From NCBI RefSeq assembly GCF_006345805.1, contig NC_043005.1, positions 32,798,001 through 32,862,000 of the forward strand: DNA of 64,000 nt, written 5' to 3'. This document shows, in pieces, positions 1-11,283 of the stretch (position 1 is the stretch's first letter; each line of letters begins with the position of its first letter). A model generated the notes under the pieces. The model worked only from the letters and a program-made list of their open reading frames with translations. It searched no databases and was not told the origin of the DNA. A program made the translations under genes and the position numbers. This stretch comes from Octopus sinensis. Its lineage: Eukaryota.

Positions 1-168
1 TTCATCTGTGGTAGTAGGTTGTTCAATTTCCCTTTCTGCCAATTTCACTTCACAATAGCACAGTGTTCAAAGATATGGAAGTTAATATTTTCTACTTTTA
101 TTAATAAAACCAAATACTCAGACCCATTTATGGTTTAAATGCACTTTTAGTTTTAGGCATTACTCCTT

Positions 169-284
169 TAGGAGGCATGCTGGCAGAATCATTATGATGC
201 TAGACAAAATGCTTCATGACATTTCTTCCAGCTCCTTGCATTCTGAGTTGAAATTCTTCCAAGGTTAACTTTGCTTTCATCCTT
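169..284 (+). mobile_element. Degenerate 5' part of tRNA-derived SINE family B (head aaggcggcgagctggcagaatcg)
   Basis: Aligns by eye to the better copy at 8910-9128 (tggcagaatc ... ctgagttgaaattc ... ttgctttcatcctt). Confidence 0.7.
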
Positions 285-883
285 GTCAGAAGTTAATAAT
301 AATTGCTAGTTGAGCACTGCAGTTGATATAATCAACTAACCACTTCCCAACCAAAAAATTGCTGACCTCATGCCATGACTTTAAAATCATTATCTGTTTA
401 GGGGTTTGAAAAAGAAAAACAGGAACAAAAGAAAGAAAATCCCGCCCTCACCCTCATTCTACTGTGACTTTCTTCTCCTGTCTTGACAACATGAGGTGAA
501 CACTGGCAGCAAACTAGCTGGAAAAAGAAAGCAAAAGAAAAGCCATAATATAATAAGCTATTTGTGTTTTAATTAAATTTTATAAAATTATATTTTACCT
601 CATTTTGATTAATTTTCAATTATAAAGGTAACAAACTTCTGAAAGATAAGATTTTCACTGTTTTAAGGATATCTGAGGTATTTTCTATAACTTTTATCTT
701 TGATAACATGGTAATAAAACATTTTTTAAAATTAATATAATGTGGCTTAAGTATACTTGTATAAAATAAACCCTAAACTTTTTAAGGGCAATAAAATTCA
801 ATACAACCTTAGTAAGCTTGTATTTACCCAGATTGAAATCCTGTTAACATCAATTGAACAGAACTTTCTTTAAATGCATCAAA

Positions 884-1104
884 CCCTTTTGTTACTGTAT
901 TTATTTTGAGATGCTCTGTGTTTCTTTCAATTACTTTAAATATAACAAAGAATTTAGTTAAATAACTTAGTTTTTATTCAGCTAGTGTTAGGGACATAAA
1001 TTGTGACTAAGGTTTGGTGGAAGATTTTTAATTCAAAACTTAGGAAAACAAGACATTTGTACTCAGAGCCAGAGCTGGTTTCAGCCGAGTTGGTAATGAA
1101 AGGG
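884..1104. mobile_element. piggyBac-like MITE (~220 bp)
   Basis: Left end cccttttgttac matches the reverse complement of the right end (ccctttcattac) at 10/12. TTAA follows the right end (1105-1108); the left flank is a degenerate caaa. CCC-starting TIRs plus TTAA are the piggyBac signature. Confidence 0.6.
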
Positions 1105-1237
1105 TTAATGGATTATTTTGTTTTATTTTACTAAACTTAATTTGACATTAATTCTGTTATATAGAAAATAACTTAATTCAATAGATAATATCAATTAAAT
1201 TTTTCTTCTGTAGAAAAAAATGTTTCTAGTCTGTGGT

Positions 1238-1890
1238 TCATCATCATCACTTAAAGCTCATTTTCCATGCTGGCATAGGTTGAACGGTTTAACCAGAGTT
1301 GGCAAGCTGCACCAGACTCTAGTCTGTTGTGGCATAGTTTCTACAGTTGGATGTCCTTCCTAATGCCAACCACTTTACAGAGCTTGCTGGATACTTTTAC
1401 ATGGCACTGCACAAGCACTTTACGTGGGACTGGCACAAGTGTTTTTTTATGTGGTACTGGCACTAGACTCTGGCAGACCAATCCTCTTCACCACTTCTGC
1501 TGTGGAGCACAGAGCTTCTTGAGTACAGCAAGATGCCAGGCATCTCGGTTATTTGTCATCTCGCCTGAAAGGTTCAGTGTCCGGAGGTCAACCTTCAGTA
1601 CTTTGCCCCATGTCTTCCTGGATCTACTTTGAGAGATCAGTACTTCTTGGTGGAGCTGTCAGTATCCATCTGCATCACATGACCAAACCAGTGCAGTCTT
1701 CTCTCTTGTTCACTGCATCTAATTCCTCTTATGCCTAGCTTCTCTCTCAATACACTGGCATTCTGTTGAACATGGATACTTATATTACATATCCAACAGA
1801 GCATACTAGCCTCATTTCTTTCTAATCTTCGCATGTTCTCTGCACTCATGGCTAACATCTCACTACCATGTAGAGATGCTGTCCATATAC
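1238..1890 (-). mobile_element. RTE-clade LINE, 5'-truncated 3' fragment with 3' UTR and (TGA)n tail
   Basis: ORF 1637-1858 (RRLERNEASMLCWICN...LREKLGIRGIRCSEQERRLHWFGHV) is a typical RTE post-RT region. The element ends in gatgatgatga on the minus strand. Confidence 0.8.
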
Positions 1891-1899
1891 ATGCATCAT

Positions 1900-2214
1900 G
1901 CGTGGCTTAAGGGCTAGGGTATTCGTCTCACAATCATAAGGTTGTGAGTTCGATTCCTGGTCATGTGTTGTGTCCTTGAGCAAGACACTTTATTTCACGT
2001 TGCTCCAGTTCAATCCGCTGCCAAAAATGAGTACCTGTATTTCAGAGGGCAAACCTTGTCACACTCTGTGTCACGCTGAATCTCCCTGAAAACTATGCTA
2101 AGGGTTCACGTATCTGTGGAGTGCTCAGCCACTTGTGTGTTAATTTCACGAGCAGGCTGTTCCGTTGATCAGATCAACTGGAACCATTATCGTTGTAAGT
2201 GATAGAGTGCCAGT
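1900..2214 (+). mobile_element. tRNA-derived SINE family C (CORE-like centre, tail shared with 29011-29305 and 63154-63527)
   Basis: B-box-like gagttcgattcc, then tgtccttgagcaagacact. The 3' ~180 bp matches two other copies in the window. Confidence 0.8.
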
Positions 2215-2769
2215 TAAACACGCATCATACAATCTTCCTTTCACTCAGAGAGAGAAACCTTTTATAGCCAACAGAGGTAACAGCTCTCTGAATTTCCTCC
2301 ATCCTATTCTTCTTCTAGCTATTACACTCTCTGTACATCTTCCCCCACAACTAATCTGGTCCCCTAGGTAATAGAAATTGTTTACTACCTCGAATGGGCC
2401 ACCAGGGCATTTGCGAGAATCAATTTCCCAAGTTTTCCAAGTATTTGCAACTCAACACTGAAAAATAACTCTGAGAAGACTTTTAACCTTTCAACTTAGA
2501 AAACAATTAAAAGCAACAAATGTATAAAAAAATAAATTGATCAAAAGAAAAAAAAGGAAGTAAAGAAAGAAAAAATATCAAAAGTATAAAAGATTAAATT
2601 ATTAAAAAATTCTTTCAATTTAGAAAAATGTGAGATCAGATATCAACTACCAAAAGAGCAACCCTAGAAAAACTTCGACAAGAAAACAAATAAAAAGAAA
2701 AAATGCGGGGAATTAAGCAACGAAAGATAGTGGGGAAGAGAGTAACAAGCTGTATGCGCCAGTTCGAAT

Positions 2770-4460
2770 GATGTGTTCAGTTGCATCTTGCAGACATAAT
2801 TGCAAAGGCGTTGCTGCAGAGAATGGCCAGAGACACTCACTGTAAAAGCCACCTCACCTAGCTGGGCTTATTTCTTAGATGGGCCGCTGTCGTCCCGATT
2901 TTGTGAAGGAAATCAGCAGTGCAGGGTCCGAGAACACCCGAAGTCTCGACGGCGACCGGTACAAACAGATAGCAGCCAGTCAAACTCCGGTATTTGGTTA
3001 TCTTCCTCTCTTCTGCATTTCGGGAGGTAATACCTGGGTTTGCGGCCAGTGTGGTAAGGTAGGGGGTGGAGAACGTTCCCCAGCACGTCACATCGCAGAT
3101 TATGGGTTTAACTCCCGCAAATAGAGCGCTTCCCATCTCCGTGATGAAGACCTACTGGCTCCAGCTGTGACGAGAAGTCAGCCACATTGAGTCCCTTTCT
3201 GGAGCTGTCATTCACAGTAGCGTGCCAAGGGAACCAGGAGGGCACCGAACTGAGTCAGGCGCCACTGTTTGATTGCAAATCGAAACGTATGCAGGTGATG
3301 CAGTGCTGGTCAAAGGAAGTCTTACCTAGAAGTATATTTGCACTTACTGTCGTCCCAGTTACGTTGGAACATCTATATTCTGGGGGGGAAAATGAAGCCT
3401 TCAATGATCCAATTGGCCAGAGCTGATTCCAGTTCCCTGACCACATCGGGTTTAGCAATCGCGTGGAGTACCTCGCAGATAAGGTTGCAGCTGGAAGAGG
3501 CGGAGGAAAGATAAGCAAGCAGCCCCAGGATGAAAGTGGAACGGAGGTTGAAGCCACCAAATTTCATGGGTAGTTTTGCCTGTTACCAGCCGACACTGTC
3601 AAAACTAACATAGCAGATCAATTCAGCACAGCGCCGGATGGCAACATTGTTCTTCAGCTTAGTCAGCTGACTGAGAAGAGAAGATCTCGGGCATGGCGGG
3701 GGAGGCCAACACGAAGAAAACAGTTTGTCAGTGTAGTGACAGATCGGAGTAAATGTGCTCTCGCTTCGGCTGAGTGTATAGCGAGTTTAAATCTCTGAGG
3801 TGGTTGGGTCGCAGGCCATCTACTCCGATACTACTTTCCCCAAGGAAAGATCTCAGGGCGGTGATAATCTCATATCATTACTAGACACGGTCAAAGTCGT
3901 GTCCCTATTAAGGATTTGGAGATCTCTAATGTATACCGGAGGGCCAAAATGCTTAAGATAGAGAGTAGCCAGAACATTTAGTATGGGTCTGAGCATTGTG
4001 TCGCTTGAGGTCAGCATGCGCACCGCGGCAGAAACGTTGCCCTCAGTTTGCGATTGACCTGACTCGGAGTCTTTTCGCACTGTAGGAAGATACCTGCAAG
4101 CTGGATGTCGCCGCCAGTGGGCAGCTTGAGAGAAGCAAGAGGCTAGTTGAAGAGGGGTAGTTGAAGGAATTGATGTGGCATCTAAGCCTCGAAGCCATGG
4201 AAGGAATTGAACCCCTCCTCTGCCATCGAGAACCCAAGAACAAGCATCGCGAAACTGAATAATTTGTTCCAGTCGGGAGGGCTGTTGTTAGCAAGTGTCT
4301 AGTCTTTAAACAACGTTAGTGTTTCGGCCACAAAAGCGCGAACAACCTTGGGGATCCTGATTATGATGATTCTCCGCGACTGCTTCAGGTAGGAATTCAT
4401 CACCAATACTTCGTCTGAATTGAGCGGGGTTAATTTTCTGCCATGCAGCACCTGTGTTCG
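2770..4460 (-). mobile_element. CRE-like non-LTR retrotransposon (RT + restriction-like endonuclease), degenerate and internally deleted
   Basis: Minus-strand fragments in order: RIPKVVRAFVAETL, GNVSAAVRML, GVDGLRPNHLRDL (3785-3826), QAKLPMKFGGFNLR, SSQLEPVGL..GDGKR, CDVTC...AEERKITKY...FVPVAVETSGVLG, LLQ*VSLAIL. Contains stops and frameshifts. Confidence 0.8.
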
Positions 4461-4551
4461 TCTGTAGTGTTGAGAAAGATATCACTCTATCCTTGGCAGG
4501 ATTTGAACTCCGAGTGTAAAAAGCCGGAATACTACAAATTTATATATCTTT

Positions 4552-4980
4552 ACTTTTTTTTTACTTGCTTCATTCACTGGACCGCAGCTATTCTGGGATA
4601 ACATCTTGAAGGGTTTAGTTGGACAACTCGACCTAGTACTTATCTTTTTAAGTCTGATAATTATTCTATAGATCCCTTGTGCCTAGCCGCTAAGTTACGG
4701 GGACGTAAACTGATACCGGTTATCAAGCGACGGTGGGAGTGACACCAAAAACATAAAGACGCACGCACACACACACACACACACAACACACACACACACA
4801 CACACACACATACACACACATTTAATCGCCGGGTTTCTTTCAGTTTCCGTCTACCAAGTCCTCTCACAAGGATTTGATCGGCTGGGGGCTATAGTAGAGG
4901 ACACTTGCTCAAGGGGCCACACAGTGGAACTGAACACGACACCATGTGGCTGGGAAGAAAACCCAGCCATGCCTGCTCCA
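4552..4980 (-). mobile_element. tRNA-derived SINE family A with internal (CA)n
   Basis: Same layout as copies at 28531, 42227 and 54671 (tttcagtttccgtctacc, ctatagtagaggacacttgc, agttacggggacgtaaac). Confidence 0.85.
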
Positions 4981-5059
4981 TATATGTATGTGTGTGTGTG
5001 GATGGGTAAATATATAGAGATGTATATATATGTATGTATGTATTGTATGTATATATGTA

Positions 5060-6012
5060 TGTATGTGTATAACAGCCACAGTTATATCTCCTGGTGGAGA
5101 GACTGATTTCTTTGAAGTTGAAGCAGGTATTCTGCAGGGTGACACGCGCTCCTTTCTGTTCATTATTGTTCACGACTATGTTCTATGCATTTCCCTAGAC
5201 AGTATGGCGGAAAAGGGATTCCTTTTGAGACCCCCGCCAGAGCAGTTGGCATTGTGCTCAATATTTAACTGATCTTGACTTTGCTGACGATCTTGCCTTG
5301 ATATCCCATTGTATTAAAGATGCAGTGTCTTTGTTACAAGCACCGGGGAAAGCATTAAACCAGGTCGGCCTTTACTGCAACGAGAGTAAGACAGAGTTTA
5401 TCACGACCTCCTCTAAGTTAACTGAACTTAAATCGCTCAATAATATATCAATCAAAAACGTTGACAACTTCAAATACCTTGGATCACACATAGTAGGCTC
5501 CCAAAAGGACTTTCGCATCCGCAAAGCTCTTGCTTGAGATGTATGTAACAGACTTGATAAGATCTGGCACTCAAACCTTTCACCCACGTTAAAAGTTAGA
5601 AAATTTAGACCACTGATTGAGCCGGTCCTTCTCTATGGATCAGAGACCTGGACCTTATCGGCTCACTTAGAGAAACAACTAGATGGAACATATACCAGCC
5701 TGCTCAGAAAGATACAGAACATCAGTTGGAGACAACACCCAACACTTAGTAACATCTATGGAAATCTGATACCAATATTCCTCAAGCTAAAGCAGAAACG
5801 GCTACAGTTTGCTGGCCACTGTCATCGAGCAGAGAAAGAGGTTACCTCATCCCAGCTCCTATGGCATCCCTCTGGAAGCGTTTTCTATATTTCGGGACTC
5901 AGGGCTGGATATTAGAGACCTGAACACAGCAATGCAGGATCAAATAGTGTGGAAAGGGATTATAAATGGAGTTCCGACCAACCTATGGTTGGTCGGATGA
6001 TGATGATGATGA
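5060..6012 (+). mobile_element. RTE-clade LINE, 5'-truncated, with RT core, 3' stem-loop and (TGA)n tail
   Basis: Reads ETDFFEVEAGILQGDT..FLFIIV.DYVL, TDLDFADDLAL, FKYLGS, EPVLLYGSETWTL and RLQFAGHC. A terminal hairpin at 5973-5997 is followed by tgatgatg. Confidence 0.85.
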
Positions 6013-6024
6013 TATGCATGCGCA

Positions 6025-6058
<34 letters not shown>

Positions 6059-6664
6059 TGTGTGTGTGTGTATGTGTGTGTGTGTGTAAAATATGGTGTT
6101 TGAAAACCGGGATGTGTTGAAAGTACGTGAAAATAAAGTAAAATAAACGGTTAACATGAGTTTAACAGCAGGGAACTAGTTAAATTGGTTCATAAAATAA
6201 CACTGCATAAACTGTGGAACTAGAAATGTAGTCTATAGCATAAGGTGTATAGAAGGTGCTTGTATAGACAAGAACATGATATACATATACATAGGTGAGA
6301 TATCTGGGAGCATTGCAGAGAGACTAATTGAATATTTGAGACAATATCACGACAAAAAAACAGTCCTCCATACTCTACCAACATGGAGATACACTGGGTC
6401 AACTTGACATCCGCATTTTATTCAAGGACCCGAAGGACCCAACATTCAGAAAAATACAGGAGTACGTTCTCGTAAATGAAACATCCCCAATACTGAATAG
6501 GAAATATACGTAGTAGGTAGTCATACTCCAATACCCACAATTTATATATATATACAGGTAGAGTAGTTAGTGGGCTGTTATGTAGACGTATGTATGTGTA
6601 TGAGTATGCATGTGTATATATATGCGTATATATATGTATATATGTATATTGGTGTGTGTATATA

Positions 6665-6699
<35 letters not shown>

Positions 6700-6740
6700 A
6701 ATAAAAAATGGAGTTAACGCAGGTGTAAACAAATATTTTT

Positions 6741-6826
6741 ACTTTCGACACATGTTTCGAAAATTCCACTGATACTATTCAAAAGAATAAATGGTATAAA
6801 CAATGCAATCTTCTCCTCAGGAAAGT
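6741..6826 (-). ncRNA. Type I hammerhead ribozyme (left-arm copy)
   Basis: Reverse complement of 7998-8083 with all core nucleotides retained. Confidence 0.75.
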
Positions 6827-7280
6827 GAAAAAAACGAAACTCGTCAATAAGACATTTTAGCAAAAAATGATGGATTTGTATAGCGATAGACAGAACGCTA
6901 TTAATATTGTTTAAAAAAAAAACGTTATATGATATAACGTCATAAGTAGCTAACAGAAAGAGTAAGGATATTAATAGTGAATGTTAAATATAAAGGAAAT
7001 TAAAGTTTAAATTATATATAATGATAGACTACTTATATGCACTAAATGTATGTTTTTGCCAATGCTTACATCTGTATGCTCGTTCTATAACCGTGTTTAC
7101 TAGAGTATTTTTAGAAAAAATAATGAAAAATAGCTCAGAATTGCAGAGAAGACAGAATTTCTTGCCTTTGTCATATGGTATCGAAATTGAGAAGATCAAC
7201 CATTCTAAATGAAATTGTTCATTGTGGTCTTTTAAATCCCAAATCAGTTTGCTGAGACCGGTACTATTCCGTTTATTTAT

Positions 7281-7796
7281 AACAAACTGTTAAATATTAA
7301 TACATTTACTAATACTAACATTAATTTAGCTAATACCATCCAACCCTCTAGAAATATTAATAACAAGGTTATTGTATCTGAAGTCAATTCCAATAGAATT
7401 AAATTTATGTCAAGTAACTCTAAGATTAAAAATTCTATATACCAGTGTATAATCAGTACTCGTAATAAAGTACGATTTTACATTGGAAGCACATCGTTAG
7501 AGTTATCTAAAAGAATTTCTATCCATTACTCAACATTTAGGGATAGAAATAAACGGAATAGTACCGGTCTCAGCAAACTGATTTGGGATTTAAAAGACCA
7601 CAATGAACAATTTCATTTAGAATGGTTGATCCTCTCAATTTCGATACCATATGACAAAGGCAAGAAATTCTGTCTTCTCTGCAATTCTGAGCTATTTTTC
7701 ATTATTTTTTCTAAAAATACTCTAGTAAACACGGTTATAGAACGAGCATACAGATGTAAGCATTGGCAGAAACATACATTTAGTGCATATAAGTAG
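7281..7796 (+). CDS. PLE C-terminus: Asn-rich linker + GIY-YIG endonuclease (open frame, 5'-truncated)
   Basis: The frame is open from 7281 (NKLLNINT...) through SIYQC, FYIGST, KRISIH, STGLSKLIWDLKD, KFCLLCNSE, LVN and RCKH to the stop at 7796. Confidence 0.85.
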   Translation, partial: NKLLNINTFTNTNINLANTIQPSRNINNKVIVSEVNSNRIKFMSSNSKIKNSIYQCIISTRNKVRFYIGSTSLELSKRISIHYSTFRDRNKRNSTGLSKLIWDLKDHNEQFHLEWLILSISIPYDKGKKFCLLCNSELFFIIFSKNTLVNTVIERAYRCKHWQKHTFSAYK

Positions 7797-7997
7797 TCTC
7801 TATCATTATATATAATTTAAACTTTAATTTCCTTTATATTTGACATTCACTATTAATATCCTTACTCTTTCTGTTAGCTACTTATGACGTTATATCATAT
7901 AACGTTTTTTTAAACAATATTAATAGCGTTCTGTCTATCGCTATACAAATCCATCATTTTTTGTTAAAATGTCTTATTGACGAGTTTCGTTTTTTTC

Positions 7998-8083
7998 ACT
8001 TTCCTGAGGAGAAGATTGCATTGTTTATACCATTTATTCTTTTGAATAGTATCAGTGGAATTTTCGAAACATGTGTCGAAAGT
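7998..8083 (+). ncRNA. Type I hammerhead ribozyme in PLE pseudo-LTR
   Basis: Stem I actttc(7998-8003)/gaaagt(8078-8083); core CTGAGGA 8004-8010; stem II GAAGATT/AATTTTC; GAAAC 8066-8070; short stem III with palindromic ACATGT; GTC cleavage triplet 8075-8077. Confidence 0.8.
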
Positions 8084-8271
8084 AAAAATATTTGTTTACA
8101 CCTGCGTCAACTCCATTTTTTATTCATATTATTCAAAATATTCAACGTAAACACGAAGTTTCTACCTTTATAAACAAGGAGTTACAACACCTTTACTTGT
8201 GAGATTTTTGCTGCCCTGGTAACTATTCATTTATTTTTCCGTGTTATTGTTAACAAGGTAAAAATACACTC

Positions 8272-8360
<89 letters not shown>

Positions 8361-8366
8361 TGTATG

Positions 8367-8398
<32 letters not shown>

Positions 8399-8704
8399 TG
8401 TATGTATATGCATATATATGTAGGTATGTATGTATATGCATATATATGTAGGTAAATGGATATGAATGTAAACAGATAGACATACAGATAGATAGGTACA
8501 TAGGTAATATGGCCAGAGAAGCACAACACGCACACATACACACATACATGCGCAAACGAAGACTGAAACATGACCATATACATACACGCATGAGTCACAC
8601 AAGGACACATATGGAGACACATTCATACATAACAGACGCACGTACATAGTCACAAAAACCCATACACAGACACACTCAGACGTGCACACACAAGGTGACA
8701 GAGG

Positions 8705-8735
<31 letters not shown>

Positions 8736-8909
8736 TCACACACACACACACACATGCAAGCACACAAACACGAACAAACATGAATATGCAGAATACATAC
8801 TTACAAACGTACACACATGCATACATACCGTAAATCCTCGTGTATAATCCTCACTTTTCCCCCAAAATTTAAAGGTCAAAATCCCTAGTGCGTACTATAT
8901 ACGAGGTTA

Positions 8910-9128
8910 AAGGCGGCGAGCTGGTAGACTCGTTAGCACGCCGGGCGAAATGCGTAGCCGTATTTCGTCTGCTGTTACGTTCTGAGTTCAAATTCCGCCG
9001 AGGTCGACTTTGCCTTTCATCCTTTCGGGGTCGATAAATTAAGTACCAGTTACGCCCTGGGGTCGATGTAATCGACATAATCCGTTTGTCCCCTCTGTGT
9101 TTAGCCCCTTGTGGGCAGTAGTGAAATA
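8910..9128 (+). mobile_element. SINE family B, near full length
   Basis: A-box-like ctggtagactcg, B-box gagttcaaattcc, central gcctttcatcctttcggggtcgataaattaagtaccag. Confidence 0.9.
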
Positions 9129-9130
9129 CA

Positions 9131-9161
<31 letters not shown>

Positions 9162-9414
9162 GTGTATGCGCACGCACACTGACCCACACACATGCACACA
9201 AACAAGCAAAAAGAAAGCAGCTCGGATAACGGACGGTCAACGACTATTGAAAAGGTTGCAAGACGCAACGAAAATTTAAAATAAAAAAAAATGAGTGGAA
9301 ATTGAACCGCTGAGTGTGTTAAATAATAAAGCACTAAAAAAGAATGACTCTCCTTAGACACAATAAAATATAGATACATAGACTGATACTCACACATATG
9401 TCCTGGCCATCTTT

Positions 9415-9598
9415 CACTTACAATGTGGTTGTTTGGTCTGCTAGACATAGCAGCCAAATTTCCCTTAAACTACACTTTCCTGCCTTCGAAAAAGAAAGAC
9501 GCATTATGGATAGTGTAGTGATAGATACATCTGGAACATCTTTGATAACGCGTCTGCTCGGTCGAAGCTGACCAGCGACTAAACTCCATCACCAACAA
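9415..9598 (+). mobile_element. Interspersed repeat family D (gctagaaatagcagccaaat ... ctaaacaacaac tail)
   Basis: Related copies lie at ~15460-15610, 17805-18000, 18855-19030, 27280-27425, 51615-51745(-), 53445-53615 and 62775-62900(-). Confidence 0.6.
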
Positions 9599-10334
9599 CG
9601 TCTGATGGAATCAGTTGGGAGAATAGGAGCGTCAACGACAGGTCGGGTGTATTTGCGCCAGAGGAAAGACTGGCATTTTGACTTCAATTTCGAAGTGAGT
9701 CCGTGGTCTATGCTACAGAGCTGGAGCTGAGCTGGTGTGAACAAGATAAGAGGAAGAAAAGTCAGGAAAGCATGTCGATAGAGACAGTAATATCGCTGTG
9801 TTAGAGTTTGAGAGGGCTAATTTCAGTGCAGTGTAGAAGTTGCGAGGGATATTAAAAGTGAGTAACTTCCTGGTGTAAGAGACAATTGATGTAAGAAACA
9901 AATAGATCAGGAGATGGCCACATAAACTGTTGAAAATTTGGGTTTCATTGTGGCCAAATAACTCAGTAGCATAATTGGGGGTCCATTTTTGTGCCCATGG
10001 CTATTCTGATTATTCTACTTATCCCCATATTGTACTGCTCGCACACTACCCACATCAGCTCTACTGACTTTTCTCTTTTTCCCATATCAACTCGTCTATA
10101 TCACTTCTTAACTTTATTCACTTACTCATTTGTAATTTTGAAGCCGAGACAACAAAGCTATTATATACAATCTCTCTCCGAAGAAGAATAGATCTCAGAA
10201 ACATTACACTATTTTATTTCATACAGTAGATTAACTCACTGAACTCTTCCACAAATTATAATATTGCTATAAATGTAGATTTCGTTTTTGGATTTGGTTT
10301 GCAAGATTCTTTATATGAGTTCGTGTGTTGAAGC

Positions 10335-10656
10335 ATATTCTGTTGTGTCTGGGGAGAGTCATTTTCTTTTTGTGTTTTATAATATAACACACTCACCGGT
10401 AAAATTTCCACTTTTTTTTCTTATTTTTATTTTCCTAAAATTTTCGTTGCATCTTGTAACCTTTTCAATAGTTTTGACCCAAAAGACCCAACACTCAGAC
10501 AAATACGGGAGTACGTCCTTATAAATGAAACCTCCCCAATACTAAATAGGAAGTATACATAGTAAATACCATACCTCCATACCCACAGTTTACACAGGTA
10601 GAGTAGAATAGTTAATGAACTGTCAGATAGATAAATGTATGTATGTGTGTGTGTGT

Positions 10657-10692
<36 letters not shown>

Positions 10693-11283
10693 CACCTTTT
10701 TTTCTGTAGTAAGCATATAGATATGAAAATAAACAGATCAACATACAGACGGATAGGTACATAGGCTATAAAAACAGACACATATGGAGACACGGATCCA
10801 CACATATAAAGATGCACATCCATACATACAAACATGGTGCATAGTTGCATAACACACACACACACAGATATGCAAACACAAGGAGACAGAGGTGCATACA
10901 TATACAGACACATGCTCACACACACATACATAGAAAATACACAAACATGGACATGCAAGCACATAAATATGCAGGATACGTACATACAGATGCACACACA
11001 TACATACATATGCACACACACACATATATATATACATACACATGCAAACACACACATACATACGTACATGCATGCATAGACACACACACACACATGCGCA
11101 CAAACAAGCAAAAAGGAACGCAGTGTAAATAACGGACAGAGTCAAAACTGTTGAAAAAGGTTGCAAGACGCAACGAAAATTTTAGGAAAATAAAAATAAG
11201 AAGCAAGTGGAAATTTGACCGGTGAGTGTGTTATATTATAAGACACAAAAAGAAAACGACACTCCCCAGACACAACCGAATAT
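10335..11283. mobile_element. Fold-back composite element, copy 2: ~143-bp inverted arms around a ~660-bp 'X' core
   Basis: 10335-10478 and 11141-11283 are inverted repeats (caatagttttgac ... gtcaaaactgttg). The core is collinear with 6427-9240. Confidence 0.75.

Larger units (their letters stand above)
6694..8278 (+). mobile_element. Penelope-like element, 5'-truncated, with inverted 5' pseudo-LTR; inserted in (TA)n
   Basis: 6694-7278 is the reverse complement of 7547-8129, with only scattered mismatches. The spacer and right arm encode a GIY-YIG domain, each arm has a hammerhead motif, and (TA)n lies on both flanks. Confidence 0.9.
6427..9365. mobile_element. Composite element 'X + arm', copy 1, interrupted by a nested PLE (6694-8278) and SINE B (8910-9128)
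   Basis: Start gacccgaaggacccaacattcag, middle 8440-8850 and end ataacggacggtcaacgactattgaaaaggttgcaagacgc are collinear with 10476-11283. Confidence 0.7.

Noticed and set aside
1-66. Minus-strand frame VKLAEREIEQPTTTDE that would be in phase with the putative 13-nt first exon at 12549-12561
   Set aside because: The acceptor (gtgaag) lacks a pyrimidine tract, the segment is short and cut by the window edge, and phase agreement occurs by chance one time in three.
10178-10206. Hammerhead-like CCGAAGA...GAAAC upstream of the fold-back arm
   Set aside because: The core U4 is mutated and stems I and II do not pair. At most a decayed relic.
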